Positions 18,101-25,857 of a stretch of DNA of 28,623 nt are shown here, in pieces (position 1 is the first letter of the stretch; each line of letters opens with the position of its first letter). The DNA is from an uncultured Chitinophagales bacterium (GTDB taxonomy: Bacteria > Bacteroidota > Bacteroidia > Chitinophagales > JAHDHT01), in contig CALHDG010000077.1 of the NCBI GenBank assembly GCA_938023075.1, positions 1-28,623 on the forward strand, in the 5' to 3' direction. Made by a program: the position numbers and the translations under genes. The notes below the pieces were generated by a model that was not told the origin of the DNA, did not search any database, and saw only the letters and a list, made by a program, of their open reading frames with translations.

Positions 18101-18206
18101 ATGGGAGCTCATCTTCGCTGGATATTACCGTTCCTTGAATGGTTTGCCCTTGAACCTGCAAGCACATAGCGATTGCCATCAGTAGAAAAGTCAGTTTTAT
18201 TTTCAT
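15159..18206 (-). CDS. susC: SusC/RagA-family TonB-dependent outer-membrane transporter
   Basis: N-terminal CarbopepD_reg domain ('IQGTVISSEDELPLIGVTILLKGTSTGTITDIDGKYNL'). Hallmark SusC TonB-box/plug motif 'VVIGYGVQKKRVATGSV'. About 1000 aa. The likely start is MKIKLTF at 18206; the track ORF extends to 18248. Confidence 0.9.
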   Translation of the reverse strand: MKIKLTFLLMAIAMCLQVQGQTIQGTVISSEDELPLIGVTILLKGTSTGTITDIDGKYNLKVNSPADTLRFSYTSYETQEIVVGNRTTIDVVMDISSELLNEVVVIGYGVQKKRVATGSVAKLDTENLEGYQVQNVQSALEGQVSGLIVSESSGQPGSGKSILIRGVSTNGDNTPLFIVDGLQVSGIDNINPNDIESVDVLKDAASCAIYGARAANGVVIITTKKGTQDGGELIYEAFTSTSQPWRLPTMLGADDYLTLTREKFTNGNQLNFLNSLGFPSVGENSINTNWMDAIFTDAGLQSHRLSASANNVFLSLEYWDQNGVVGGTKSNYKRYAVRINSKKEINDFVTIGENIYANRVDNQNIGSNNAFGTVISDAFAYDPVTPLFDELGEFGYAQSRWVQKEYINPLSRLFINNNRGHADQILGNVFLEIHPTEHIRFHSDFGMDYSWFKFRSFTPDYNFHPAAINVSNDISQGFGFSQSYQVENYLNYNNTFADIHNVDVVVGTSYRNSIGERAGGSSQFIPSEVQFNENFQILDAGQDTIDLSYGGIDVEYKLVSYYGRLLYDYAGKYLFSATLRRDGSSNFGAQNRFGIFPSFSLGWVLSDELFFDVGPVNFAKIRASWGVNGNDRIAPLTYAPRIENAFSYPFGIDPALNTGSSLATPPNPNIKWEESRQLDVGLELRFWQDKLTTEFDFYIKNTRDLLMEQFIPGFIGATNNPISNLGEIQNTGFEASINYKFDVAGIKFNTGLNYTTFKNEVIDVAGETGFLDGWSWPVRNQPITRMTEGFPVGHFVGYQTDGIFSSQDEVFSHISNTGDVLQPDASPGDIRFVDTNKDGLINTDDIGHIGSPWPNHVIGLTFGATFKGFDFNAVLGTQLGHDIFRTYERSDISYTNYQDFWLDRWTPENPNASLPRLVSNDPNNNQRPSDFYVEDGSFLRLRNIQLGYNLPQKIASKIKLKGIRVYASANNLLTVTNYRGFDPEIGTTGWILDTGIDKGFYPSNKTIGGGIKITL

Positions 18207-18381
18207 ATTTACAAATTGGTTGATATAAACTATTATATCGTAAAACAAATATAGTACAACTATTCACTTTTTGTTGAGGAAATGGCAAATATGTAAAGAT
18301 TAAGAAAACCTGAGACATATTGCCTACTGTAAAACGAAGATAAAAGAGCATATTTATGTTAACAAAAGGTTAATCAAACCT

Positions 18382-19632
18382 TTATCTGAAAACAAGTAAC
18401 TGCATCATCTCTCTGGCGGAGACTTGTCCTTTCAGATCAATAAATTTACGCGGTGTTTCATCACCAATTTCATAGGTAATACCTTCTGCATTAAATTGAG
18501 TGTAAAACCATCCCTTTGAAACTGGTGCACCTAATCCGGCGGGTTTGTTAACTGACTCATGGTCATTGAGGGTTTCTTGTACTCCTGGAATCCAATAATT
18601 TTTAAACCCTGGCAAATCGGATTGCAGACTATCAATCATGGTGTAATATACATCATGCCAAGTCGAGTGAAAATCCAAACCCAAAATCACATCATTTTTA
18701 TCTGCTTTTTCTGTTTGAACGATAAAATCGGCAACCGTTTTTGTTTCGGGTTGATGATAATATGCCCAATCGCGATTTAAATCAATACCACCTGCCGAAT
18801 GTCGCCAATGTCCTAAATCTACCCCGTCTGGATTTAATAAAGGAAAAACCAAAATCCGGTACTTTTTACGGAAAGCTACACTCAAAGGTTTATCCGCTAA
18901 AATCTCTTCAACAAAGGCTTCCATAGCTAAATGACCGGTTACTTCCGGAGGATGCTGGCGACATAAAACCACTATCATATCTTTCCCTTTTTTCTCTCCG
19001 GTAAACATATCTAAGCAATTTAAATCGCGCCCTAACTTACTTTTACCAATAGTAAGAAAGGATACATTCGAGTTTTTTGCCATTGCTTCACACCATAATT
19101 TTACATCCGATGAAACAAGCAATTCCTGACTTGCGAGATAGGTTTTCTTTGAGCTAACAGCTAACTTGATTGAGCATTGTTTCCCATCATTCAAAATTTC
19201 ATATTGGGTTGAATCCAACTCTATCCATTCCTTTCGATTTGTACTAACTTTAGGCTTATATCGATGTTCATGTTCTGTATAATTTAGAATGACCGTTATC
19301 TCTTTTGCCTCATTCGACCAAATTTGCATAGCATAATAAGCACTTGCATTGATTGGTGTATTTTCTGGAGAAATAGTGGCTTCTATTGTTGAATCATTCA
19401 CAACCTTACAATCGTTGAGTCGCGCTCCGTCAAATTCATTGCTTACAAATACTCCAATATTTTTAAAAGCATAAGTCTTTTTCTCTTGTTGTACAATTGT
19501 CTTGTCTGTGGTATCTACTGGCTTTGGGAAATGGTAAGTTGATGCACTTTTGGTGGAGACGCAAGCGTACAGTCCGCAAATGAATACAAGATAAATTAGC
19601 TGATAAAATAGTTGGTTTTTCAAACTTTTCAT
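18382..19632 (-). CDS. M14-family zinc carboxypeptidase lipoprotein with an N-terminal accessory domain
   Basis: Lipobox 'GLYAC'. M14 motifs: HxxE 'QHPPEVTGH', 'GIDLNRDW' (Arg/Asn substrate-binding region) and 'LDFHS' (third Zn ligand). Confidence 0.7.
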   Translation of the reverse strand: MKSLKNQLFYQLIYLVFICGLYACVSTKSASTYHFPKPVDTTDKTIVQQEKKTYAFKNIGVFVSNEFDGARLNDCKVVNDSTIEATISPENTPINASAYYAMQIWSNEAKEITVILNYTEHEHRYKPKVSTNRKEWIELDSTQYEILNDGKQCSIKLAVSSKKTYLASQELLVSSDVKLWCEAMAKNSNVSFLTIGKSKLGRDLNCLDMFTGEKKGKDMIVVLCRQHPPEVTGHLAMEAFVEEILADKPLSVAFRKKYRILVFPLLNPDGVDLGHWRHSAGGIDLNRDWAYYHQPETKTVADFIVQTEKADKNDVILGLDFHSTWHDVYYTMIDSLQSDLPGFKNYWIPGVQETLNDHESVNKPAGLGAPVSKGWFYTQFNAEGITYEIGDETPRKFIDLKGQVSAREMMQLLVFR

Positions 19633-19698
19633 AATTACTTGATCAACAAGATATGAAAATTATGGAAATTGACTTAATTGCCCTTTTTGATTGTTTAA

Positions 19699-19733
19699 AC
19701 AAAAAAGGAGTTGGCAAGCACCAACTCCTTACT
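19699..19733 (-). terminator. Rho-independent terminator (minus strand) downstream of the flotillin gene
   Basis: 10-bp stem aaggagttgg/ccaactcctt with loop 'caagca'. On the minus strand it is followed by a run of 7 T's (plus-strand 'caaaaaaa' at 19699-19706). Confidence 0.5.
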
Positions 19734-19920
19734 TCATACCAAATTGACCATAAAATGTACCAAAATTTCGGTTTAATATTGGCGATCTCTTCGTTAAAAA
19801 TACTCGCCATAGCTGCTGGCTATGTCTGCGTTTTTTGCCTTGAGCTCACCAAATTAATTCCAAAATTTTTGTGTCACTTTTTACAGTCAATTTGGTATCA
19901 TTTATAAAACTTAATTCTAA

Positions 19921-21480
19921 TTATGCTTCTTCTTCAAGGGCTGCAATAACTTCAGTTTCTTTTACTGATGAAACTCCGTTTTCACCATTCTGCTTTTTAA
20001 CCAACGCATCGGGCAAATTCATTCCACTTTGATTTAAGAAGTCATTTAACTGAGGCATCATACTATACAAACCTTGTACAAAATTCCCGACGCCTTTTCC
20101 ATTTCCACTATCATACACCACCACTTTATCTATGCCAATATCTTTAATGGCAGAGGTTTGTATTTCAGCTAACTCGGTTATTTTATCTAACATTAAATAA
20201 CTGATAGCACTTTTGGCATCACCATTGGAGGCTTTTACTAATTGCTCGAAACCTTCGGCTTGTTTCTTCAAGAGTTCTTCTGTACCCTTGGCTTGCGCGA
20301 TATATTTGGCGAGTATGGCATCAGCTTCCCCTTTGGCAATTTCTCGTTGTTGCTCGGCTTGAGCTTGCGCGGCAATCACTTGCTTTTGCTTTTCAATGTC
20401 GGCAATTACTACTTCATCGGCTTCGCGTTTGGCTTTCTCCATTAAACCTCTTGCCATTTCTGCTTCTTTTTCAGCGGCATAGGCTTCTTCTAACGATTTT
20501 GCGTGCGCTACTTTTTTAGCTGCCGTTGCGGCTCGTTGCGATTCTGCAATTTCAATATCCCTTTCAGCATCCGATTTAGCAATTTTAATCATCGAATTGT
20601 TTTTGCCTTCTGTAGCAATAGCAATGGCTTTGGCTTCTCCTATTTCGGCTAATCCATTGGCATCCGCTATTTGAATTCGTTGATCTTTATTGGCTTTCGC
20701 TTCGCCAATTTCGGCTAAACTGTTGGCTTCGGCAACTTGAATTCTTTGTTGTCTCGTGGCTTGTGCTTCTCCAATTTCGGCTAAACTATTGGCATCAGCA
20801 ACTTTTACGCGTTGCTCTTGTTTGGCTTCTGATTCGCCAATAGCACCGGTACGGTCTTCAATAGCTACTTTTACTTTGGCATCGTTAATGGCTTTGGCGG
20901 CTGCTTCTCTACCAAGTGCAACAATGTATCCGCTTTCATCTTGAATGTCGGTTACGTTTACGTTAATGAGTTCTAATCCAATTTTGTGTAACTCATCACC
21001 TACATTAGTATAAACCGAATCAACAAATTTATCGCGATCGGTGTTCAGTTCTTCAATATCCATATTAGCAATTACCAAACGCATTTGCCCCATGATAATA
21101 TCATGGGCAAGCGAGGTAATTTCTTCCCGTTGTAAAGCCAGCAAACGTTCAGCAGCAGCCACCATTAGGTTAGGTTTGTTGCTCACCCCAACTGTAAATT
21201 GTGCCGGTACCGATACCCGGATGTTTTGTTTTGATAAGGCATCTTGTAGGTTTACATCAATACTTAAAGGTGTTAAATCTAAAAATTGATAGGATTGAAT
21301 AACGGGCCAGATAAAAGTAGCTCCACCGGCATAACATTTGGCAGATGCACCTCCACCGGTTTTACCATAAACTACCAATATTTTATCAGATGGGCAGCGT
21401 TTGTACCTCGATACAAAAAATAAGACCAACATAAATACGAGAAAGCATACAAATGCGACAATAAAAAGAATTCCTTCCAT
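19921..21480 (-). CDS. floT: Flotillin (SPFH/band-7 family, FloT-like)
   Basis: N-terminal membrane anchor 'ILFIVAFVCFLVFMLVLFFV', an SPFH domain and a long Ala/Glu-rich coiled coil. Three 22-aa 'LAEIGEA' repeats are present. Confidence 0.85.
   Translation of the reverse strand: MEGILFIVAFVCFLVFMLVLFFVSRYKRCPSDKILVVYGKTGGGASAKCYAGGATFIWPVIQSYQFLDLTPLSIDVNLQDALSKQNIRVSVPAQFTVGVSNKPNLMVAAAERLLALQREEITSLAHDIIMGQMRLVIANMDIEELNTDRDKFVDSVYTNVGDELHKIGLELINVNVTDIQDESGYIVALGREAAAKAINDAKVKVAIEDRTGAIGESEAKQEQRVKVADANSLAEIGEAQATRQQRIQVAEANSLAEIGEAKANKDQRIQIADANGLAEIGEAKAIAIATEGKNNSMIKIAKSDAERDIEIAESQRAATAAKKVAHAKSLEEAYAAEKEAEMARGLMEKAKREADEVVIADIEKQKQVIAAQAQAEQQREIAKGEADAILAKYIAQAKGTEELLKKQAEGFEQLVKASNGDAKSAISYLMLDKITELAEIQTSAIKDIGIDKVVVYDSGNGKGVGNFVQGLYSMMPQLNDFLNQSGMNLPDALVKKQNGENGVSSVKETEVIAALEEEA
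20635..20832 (-). repeat. In-frame 3 x 66-bp tandem DNA repeat inside the flotillin coiled-coil region
   Basis: 'ttctcc(t/a)atttcggctaa(t/a)c...' repeated three times. It encodes 'ADANSLAEIGEAQATRQQRIQ' / 'AEANSLAEIGEAKANKDQRIQ' / 'ADANGLAEIGEAKAIAIATEGK'. Confidence 0.8.
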
Positions 21481-21504
21481 AAGTTTTAATTTTAATTTAG
21501 TAAT

Positions 21505-21650
21505 GCTACAAATATAAATCTACATTTCTGTCTTTGCCATTTTTCGATATACTTCGTTGAAAAGCCTCGTCTTAGCCCCACTATGACTACGTTTTTCGCC
21601 TCGTCTATCAAAAAATGACTTTGACATAAAAAGTAGATTTATTTTCTCCG
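21505..21650 (-). mobile_element. MITE-like dispersed repeat, family 1, copy 2 (inverted orientation relative to copy 1)
   Basis: Its reverse complement aligns base-for-base with 6312-6457 ('gagaaaataaatctac...tttttgatagacgaggcgaaaaacgtagtcatagtggggctaagacgaggcttttcaacgaagtatatcg...gtagatttatatt'). It sits in the 305-bp gap between the nfeD-like gene and flotillin. Confidence 0.7.
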
Positions 21651-21785
21651 CATTACTTAGTTGTGATTTAATTTTTTAAATGTGTTTATATTTGTAGAAG
21701 AGACATAGCTCTCCTGTTTTTTGAGTAATTGTTTTTTGTTTTTAGGGTTGTTTTAATAGATCGTACGTTTATAGAAATAAAATAT

Positions 21786-22316
21786 TTATAGTTTCTTTAC
21801 CATAGCATAGCCTTCGTAATAATCTTGCACAAAAATGGACTCTCCTGTAGCAATTTCAGTTTGATCCATACTTTTAGCTTTTAGTTCTCGGGTAACTCCG
21901 TTCACCAAAACTTGTATAATACCTGAGCCTTTTTGGGGTATTTTTAGATATACTTTGCCTGATTGATGTAAGGCATCTAAGGGTTCCCAATTCACGTTTT
22001 CAGTTTGCGTCATTAACAATTGAAAAATTTTCTTTAAGATGAGCACAGCAATATAACCTCCAATAAATCCGGCAACTATTGCCACTATAGGATTCGCTTT
22101 AGATGCCAGAATGACTTTTACAATCCATGAAGAAACACTGATGAAAGTTAACCCGGCTTTTACCACACCGAGACCGCCACTGCTATCTATGTCGCCGTCT
22201 CCAGCATCAAAATCAAAGTCTAAATCGAGCCCGCCAAGTATGGATAGAAACATTAATACAATTAGAATGCCGCCTGTTGTAATGGAGAGATAAGTTAGAA
22301 TTTCAATAGTAGCCAT
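21786..22316 (-). CDS. NfeD-like membrane protein (YuaF/YqiJ-type short NfeD, partner of flotillin)
   Basis: 176 aa with N-terminal TM helices ('ILIVLMFLSILGG', 'IVAIVAGFIGGYIAVLIL'). The C-terminus is a beta-rich OB-fold-like 'GKVYLKIPQKGSGIIQVLVNGVTRELKAKS'. It lies immediately upstream of flotillin, matching the B. subtilis yuaF-floT arrangement. Confidence 0.65.
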   Translation of the reverse strand: MATIEILTYLSITTGGILIVLMFLSILGGLDLDFDFDAGDGDIDSSGGLGVVKAGLTFISVSSWIVKVILASKANPIVAIVAGFIGGYIAVLILKKIFQLLMTQTENVNWEPLDALHQSGKVYLKIPQKGSGIIQVLVNGVTRELKAKSMDQTEIATGESIFVQDYYEGYAMVKKL

Positions 22317-22493
22317 TGTTTTTTAAGTTTGTTTAACAGTATAATTACAAATATGGAAAAATAGTTCCTGCGTTCTTTCTTTTTTTACAAATCAATATTA
22401 ATAATATGCTAATAATTTATTATTTTGGTTTACACTTTTCTGTTTTCGACTGCCAGCCTTTTTTTGTATTTTTACGAAGCACCGACGTTTTTA

Positions 22494-22609
22494 AACTAGC
22501 CCCGATTGCAGCGGTTATGCTATTTTTGCGTGGCTTTGAAGCGTTGGCAAAATAGCATTTGAGCGGAAAGCGGGACCCGCCTTAGTATAATGCTACAAGG
22601 TTTCGCTTC
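22494..22609 (-). repeat. Family-2 structured intergenic element, copy B
   Basis: Its reverse complement aligns with 11810-11925. The hairpin is atgctatttt...aaaatagcat. The copy shares 'tgcaatcggggctagtt' with 137-153. It lies in the divergent intergenic region between nfeD and pdxJ. Confidence 0.6.
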
Positions 22610-22705
22610 AAAAAAAAATATATACGAATGTGGCAGCTAACTTCAGTATTTAGATAAATATGTAAAATTTGAAGAACCAAAAATACTTTGATTAAGTTTA
22701 TAAGT

Positions 22706-23419
22706 ATGATGACTAAGCTTTCAATAAATATTAACAAGCCGGCATTGTTGCGCAATTCACGTGGCAGTAATTTTCCGGATATAGTGCAGATTGCAAAAGA
22801 TTGCGAACGTTTTGGAGCGCAAGGGATTACTGTTCACCCTCGTCCCGATGAACGACATATTACTTATGGAGATATATCAGAATTGAAAAAGCATGTACGA
22901 ACAGAATATAACATTGAGGGCTATCCTTCAAAAGCGTGGATGGATTTGGTATTGATTAATAAACCCACTCAGGCAACTTTAGTGCCCGACCCGCCAGGAG
23001 CCTTAACCAGTAATGCCGGTTGGGATACTGTTAAACATCAATCATTTTTGAGCGAAGTGTTGAGCGAATTAAAAAGAGCAAAAATCCGTAGTTCGTTGTT
23101 TATGGAAAACGATTTGCATCAAATTGACAAAGCCAAACAAGCCGGTGCCGACCGCATTGAATTGTATACCGGACCATATGCCCATCAATATAAGGCAGAT
23201 AAAAATAAAGCCATACAACCCTACACCCAAGCCAGCAAGCATGCTTTGGAAATTGGCTTAGCACTCAATGCCGGACACGATTTAAGCTTAGATAATCTAA
23301 AATTTTTTAAAGAAAGTATACCCGGCTTATTAGAAGTTTCCATAGGGCACGCTTTATGGATAGACGCGATTTATGTTGGTTTAGAAAATGCGATTATGAT
23401 GTATAGAAGATTGTTGTAG
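22706..23419 (+). CDS. pdxJ: Pyridoxine 5'-phosphate synthase
   Basis: 'LSININKPALLRNSRG' matches the PdxJ N-terminal 'LxVNIxxIATLRNARG'. 'ITVHPRPDERHI' matches PdxJ 'ITVHLREDRRHI'. The track ORF starts at a TTG at 22688, and the first ATG is at 22706 (MMTKLS). Confidence 0.85.
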   Translation: MMTKLSININKPALLRNSRGSNFPDIVQIAKDCERFGAQGITVHPRPDERHITYGDISELKKHVRTEYNIEGYPSKAWMDLVLINKPTQATLVPDPPGALTSNAGWDTVKHQSFLSEVLSELKRAKIRSSLFMENDLHQIDKAKQAGADRIELYTGPYAHQYKADKNKAIQPYTQASKHALEIGLALNAGHDLSLDNLKFFKESIPGLLEVSIGHALWIDAIYVGLENAIMMYRRLL

Positions 23420-23623
23420 TGCAAATTTGAATATCAAAGCTCAAATACCACATTCCGGTAAATGGCATCCAAAGCAATTTCAATATTGATTGATTCAATA
23501 CTTAGGCGATTCAAAAAATCGCCTCATAGTGGTGCTATTATGGAGCTATTTTTTGAAGATGTAAAAGTGCAAAAGCCTTAGTCAAAAAGTTTAAAATTCA
23601 ACCTAATCAAGTATATACAAGTT

Positions 23624-23759
23624 GATGCTGTCGGAAAATTAGGAGTGAAATTTGTAATGTGTAGGAGCTGAGTTGATTAGGCAACCTGAACCTTCGAGAT
23701 GGTTGATGTGCTCCAACGATTGATTGTTCTAATTTTGTCAAACTATATCCGACAGCATG
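23624..23759. other. GC-rich nested inverted-repeat element, a candidate structured RNA, closed by an 11-bp perfect inverted repeat atgctgtcgga/tccgacagcat
   Basis: Perfect inverted repeats at 23625-23635 and 23748-23758. Nested complementary pairs lie inside (aaattag/ctaattt, ggagc/gctcc, caacc/ggttg). Local GC is clearly higher than the flanks. Confidence 0.4.
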
Positions 23760-23993
23760 AATTTGATAGAGTGTAAAATATTTATATATGAAAAATTTGT
23801 TGTCAATGCAAAGACATTTCTCTAAACAAATCAAGAAAAAATTATATTTGGCATAATTTTAGTCGTAATTAGTAAAGGCAATAATGTATATTTGTCATCG
23901 TACGATTTTCTTGCCCCCTATCAAATGCTTAAAATATCTTACACAAGTTATATATTATTATATTAAAATATACAGTTTAAATCAATTAAATTA

Positions 23994-25781
23994 ATGAGAC
24001 ATAGTATAAAAATTATTATATTAATTCTTATGCCTTTTTTCCTGAATGCACAAAGAGTGTATACCGACCATTTTGGGGCAGGGCATAATGTAAGCGTAAC
24101 GGTAACTTCTTCTTCTGAGCAAAATGCTAATATTGATGATAATACGCTAAATGGCTCTATGCTACGTACAAATGTAGAAGGAGCTTCCAGGTTCTTATCT
24201 CAGGCTACATTAGGTGCCAACTATGCCGAAATGGAAGCAGTAGCCCAAACCGGTATTAAAAATTGGTTAGCAGAACAATTTAATATGCCCCCAGGCTCAT
24301 TTTGGGATGACTTTATCGATACTAAAGAATGGGCGCATACCGTGCTTACAACTCCTAATACTGATATTGTTAATGGGGCTTTTTTATCGGGTACTTTTTA
24401 TGATAAAGTACTAAATGACAATGACGTGCTGAGAAACAAAGTAGCTTTTGCCTACAGCCAAATTTTTGTAGTTGCAGTTAAGACCGGTAATATTAATAAT
24501 GTAGCCAATTTTTACGACTTGATGTATCAAAATGCTTTTGGTAATTACAGAGATATTTTAGAAGAAGTAACTCTATCCTTAGCCATGGGTGATTATTTAA
24601 GTCACTTTAGGAACCAGAAAGCCGATTTGTCAAACGGTAAATTGCCAGACGAAAATTTTGCAAGAGAAATTATGCAACTATTTACTGTAGGGTTGTTTGA
24701 ATTGAATAATGACGGTTCGCTAAAATTAGACAATAATGGTAACCCCGTACCCACTTACGATATAGTTGATGTACAAGAGTTAGCCAAAGTATTTACTGGT
24801 TTAAGTGGAAACAGAAACTTTCAGTGGTGGGTAGGACGACACGACCCTACCTTACCGATGCAAATGTATCAAGAGCATCACGATTTGGGACAAAAAGTAA
24901 TGCTTGATGGCACTGTAATACCACCTAATCAACCTGGAATGGAAGATATTCGCCAAGCCTTAGATGTGTTGTTTAACCACCCAAATGTAGGACCTTTTAT
25001 GGCAATTAGGCTTATCCAAAATTTTGTCAAATCAAATCCTACACCTGAATATATAAACCGCGTTGCCTCCGTTTTTAACAATAATGGGCGAGGGGTAAGA
25101 GGTGATATGAAAGCCGTAATTGAAGCTATTTTGATAGACCCTGAAGCCAGAAACTGTGCTTGGATTAATCATCCACACAATGGAAAATTGATACAACCCA
25201 TTGAACGTTTTACGCAATTGTGGAAAGCTTTTAATGTCAGCTCTCCTTCTGGCATTTTAATGGTTAAAGATTATAATTCTCAGCAAGGGATTTTCGATGC
25301 GGATCAAACCTTTATGCGTGCGCCCTCAGTATTTAATTTCTTTTCTCCGTTTTTTGCCGAACAAGAAATTATTGAACCGCTTGGCTTGGTAAGTCCGGAG
25401 TTTAACATTTTAAATGCTTCTACAAGTATGAACTATATAAATTATGCCGAAAACACAGTTAAGATACGCCCATTTGAAAACTTTACGGCAAGAGGAAGCG
25501 ATAGATTTTTAACCAACAATAGAAATGACGAACCATTTTTAGACTTATCCGAAGAAGTTGCCATTATACAAAACGATATTCGCAACAACATAGATGTATT
25601 GTTAGATAGAATAGATATAATTATGTGCAGAGGTCAACTATCAAACACTACACGGCAAATAATTAAAAACAACATATTAGCCAACGAAAATGAAAACCCT
25701 AATCGCTATACCCCAACTCAGGCAGTAGAAGACATATTATATTTTATTATGATTTCACCAGATTATCTTATTCAAAAATAA
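23994..25781 (+). CDS. DUF1800-family protein with an N-terminal signal peptide
   Basis: 595 aa. Signal 'IIILILMPFFLNAQ'. The conserved DUF1800-like block 'ENFAREIMQLFTVGL' is recalled from memory. It is immediately followed by a DUF1501 gene, the canonical DUF1800/DUF1501 pair. Confidence 0.65.
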   Translation: MRHSIKIIILILMPFFLNAQRVYTDHFGAGHNVSVTVTSSSEQNANIDDNTLNGSMLRTNVEGASRFLSQATLGANYAEMEAVAQTGIKNWLAEQFNMPPGSFWDDFIDTKEWAHTVLTTPNTDIVNGAFLSGTFYDKVLNDNDVLRNKVAFAYSQIFVVAVKTGNINNVANFYDLMYQNAFGNYRDILEEVTLSLAMGDYLSHFRNQKADLSNGKLPDENFAREIMQLFTVGLFELNNDGSLKLDNNGNPVPTYDIVDVQELAKVFTGLSGNRNFQWWVGRHDPTLPMQMYQEHHDLGQKVMLDGTVIPPNQPGMEDIRQALDVLFNHPNVGPFMAIRLIQNFVKSNPTPEYINRVASVFNNNGRGVRGDMKAVIEAILIDPEARNCAWINHPHNGKLIQPIERFTQLWKAFNVSSPSGILMVKDYNSQQGIFDADQTFMRAPSVFNFFSPFFAEQEIIEPLGLVSPEFNILNASTSMNYINYAENTVKIRPFENFTARGSDRFLTNNRNDEPFLDLSEEVAIIQNDIRNNIDVLLDRIDIIMCRGQLSNTTRQIIKNNILANENENPNRYTPTQAVEDILYFIMISPDYLIQK

Positions 25782-25857
25782 TATACTAATTAATAATTTA
25801 AATTATTGCCAAAAGTGCGCCTGTTGTTTTTTTAATAAAAATTTAAAATAAATATAG

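Noticed and set aside
19653-19907. 84-aa ORF in the M14/flotillin intergenic region
   Set aside because: The translation is hydrophobic and low-complexity, and there are no recognisable motifs. The region is better explained by the flotillin terminator hairpin (19699-19733) and promoter space for the M14 gene.
20635-20832. A regular 66-bp tandem repeat, considered as a possible CRISPR array or minisatellite
   Set aside because: The units are contiguous and in-frame inside the flotillin coiled coil, and they encode the LAEIGEA repeats. There are no spacers and no cas genes, so this is not CRISPR.
23607-23834. 75-aa minus-strand ORF in the long pdxJ/DUF1800 spacer
   Set aside because: It overlaps the GC-rich nested inverted-repeat element, so the open frame is probably a by-product of that structure. 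There is no start context or known domain.
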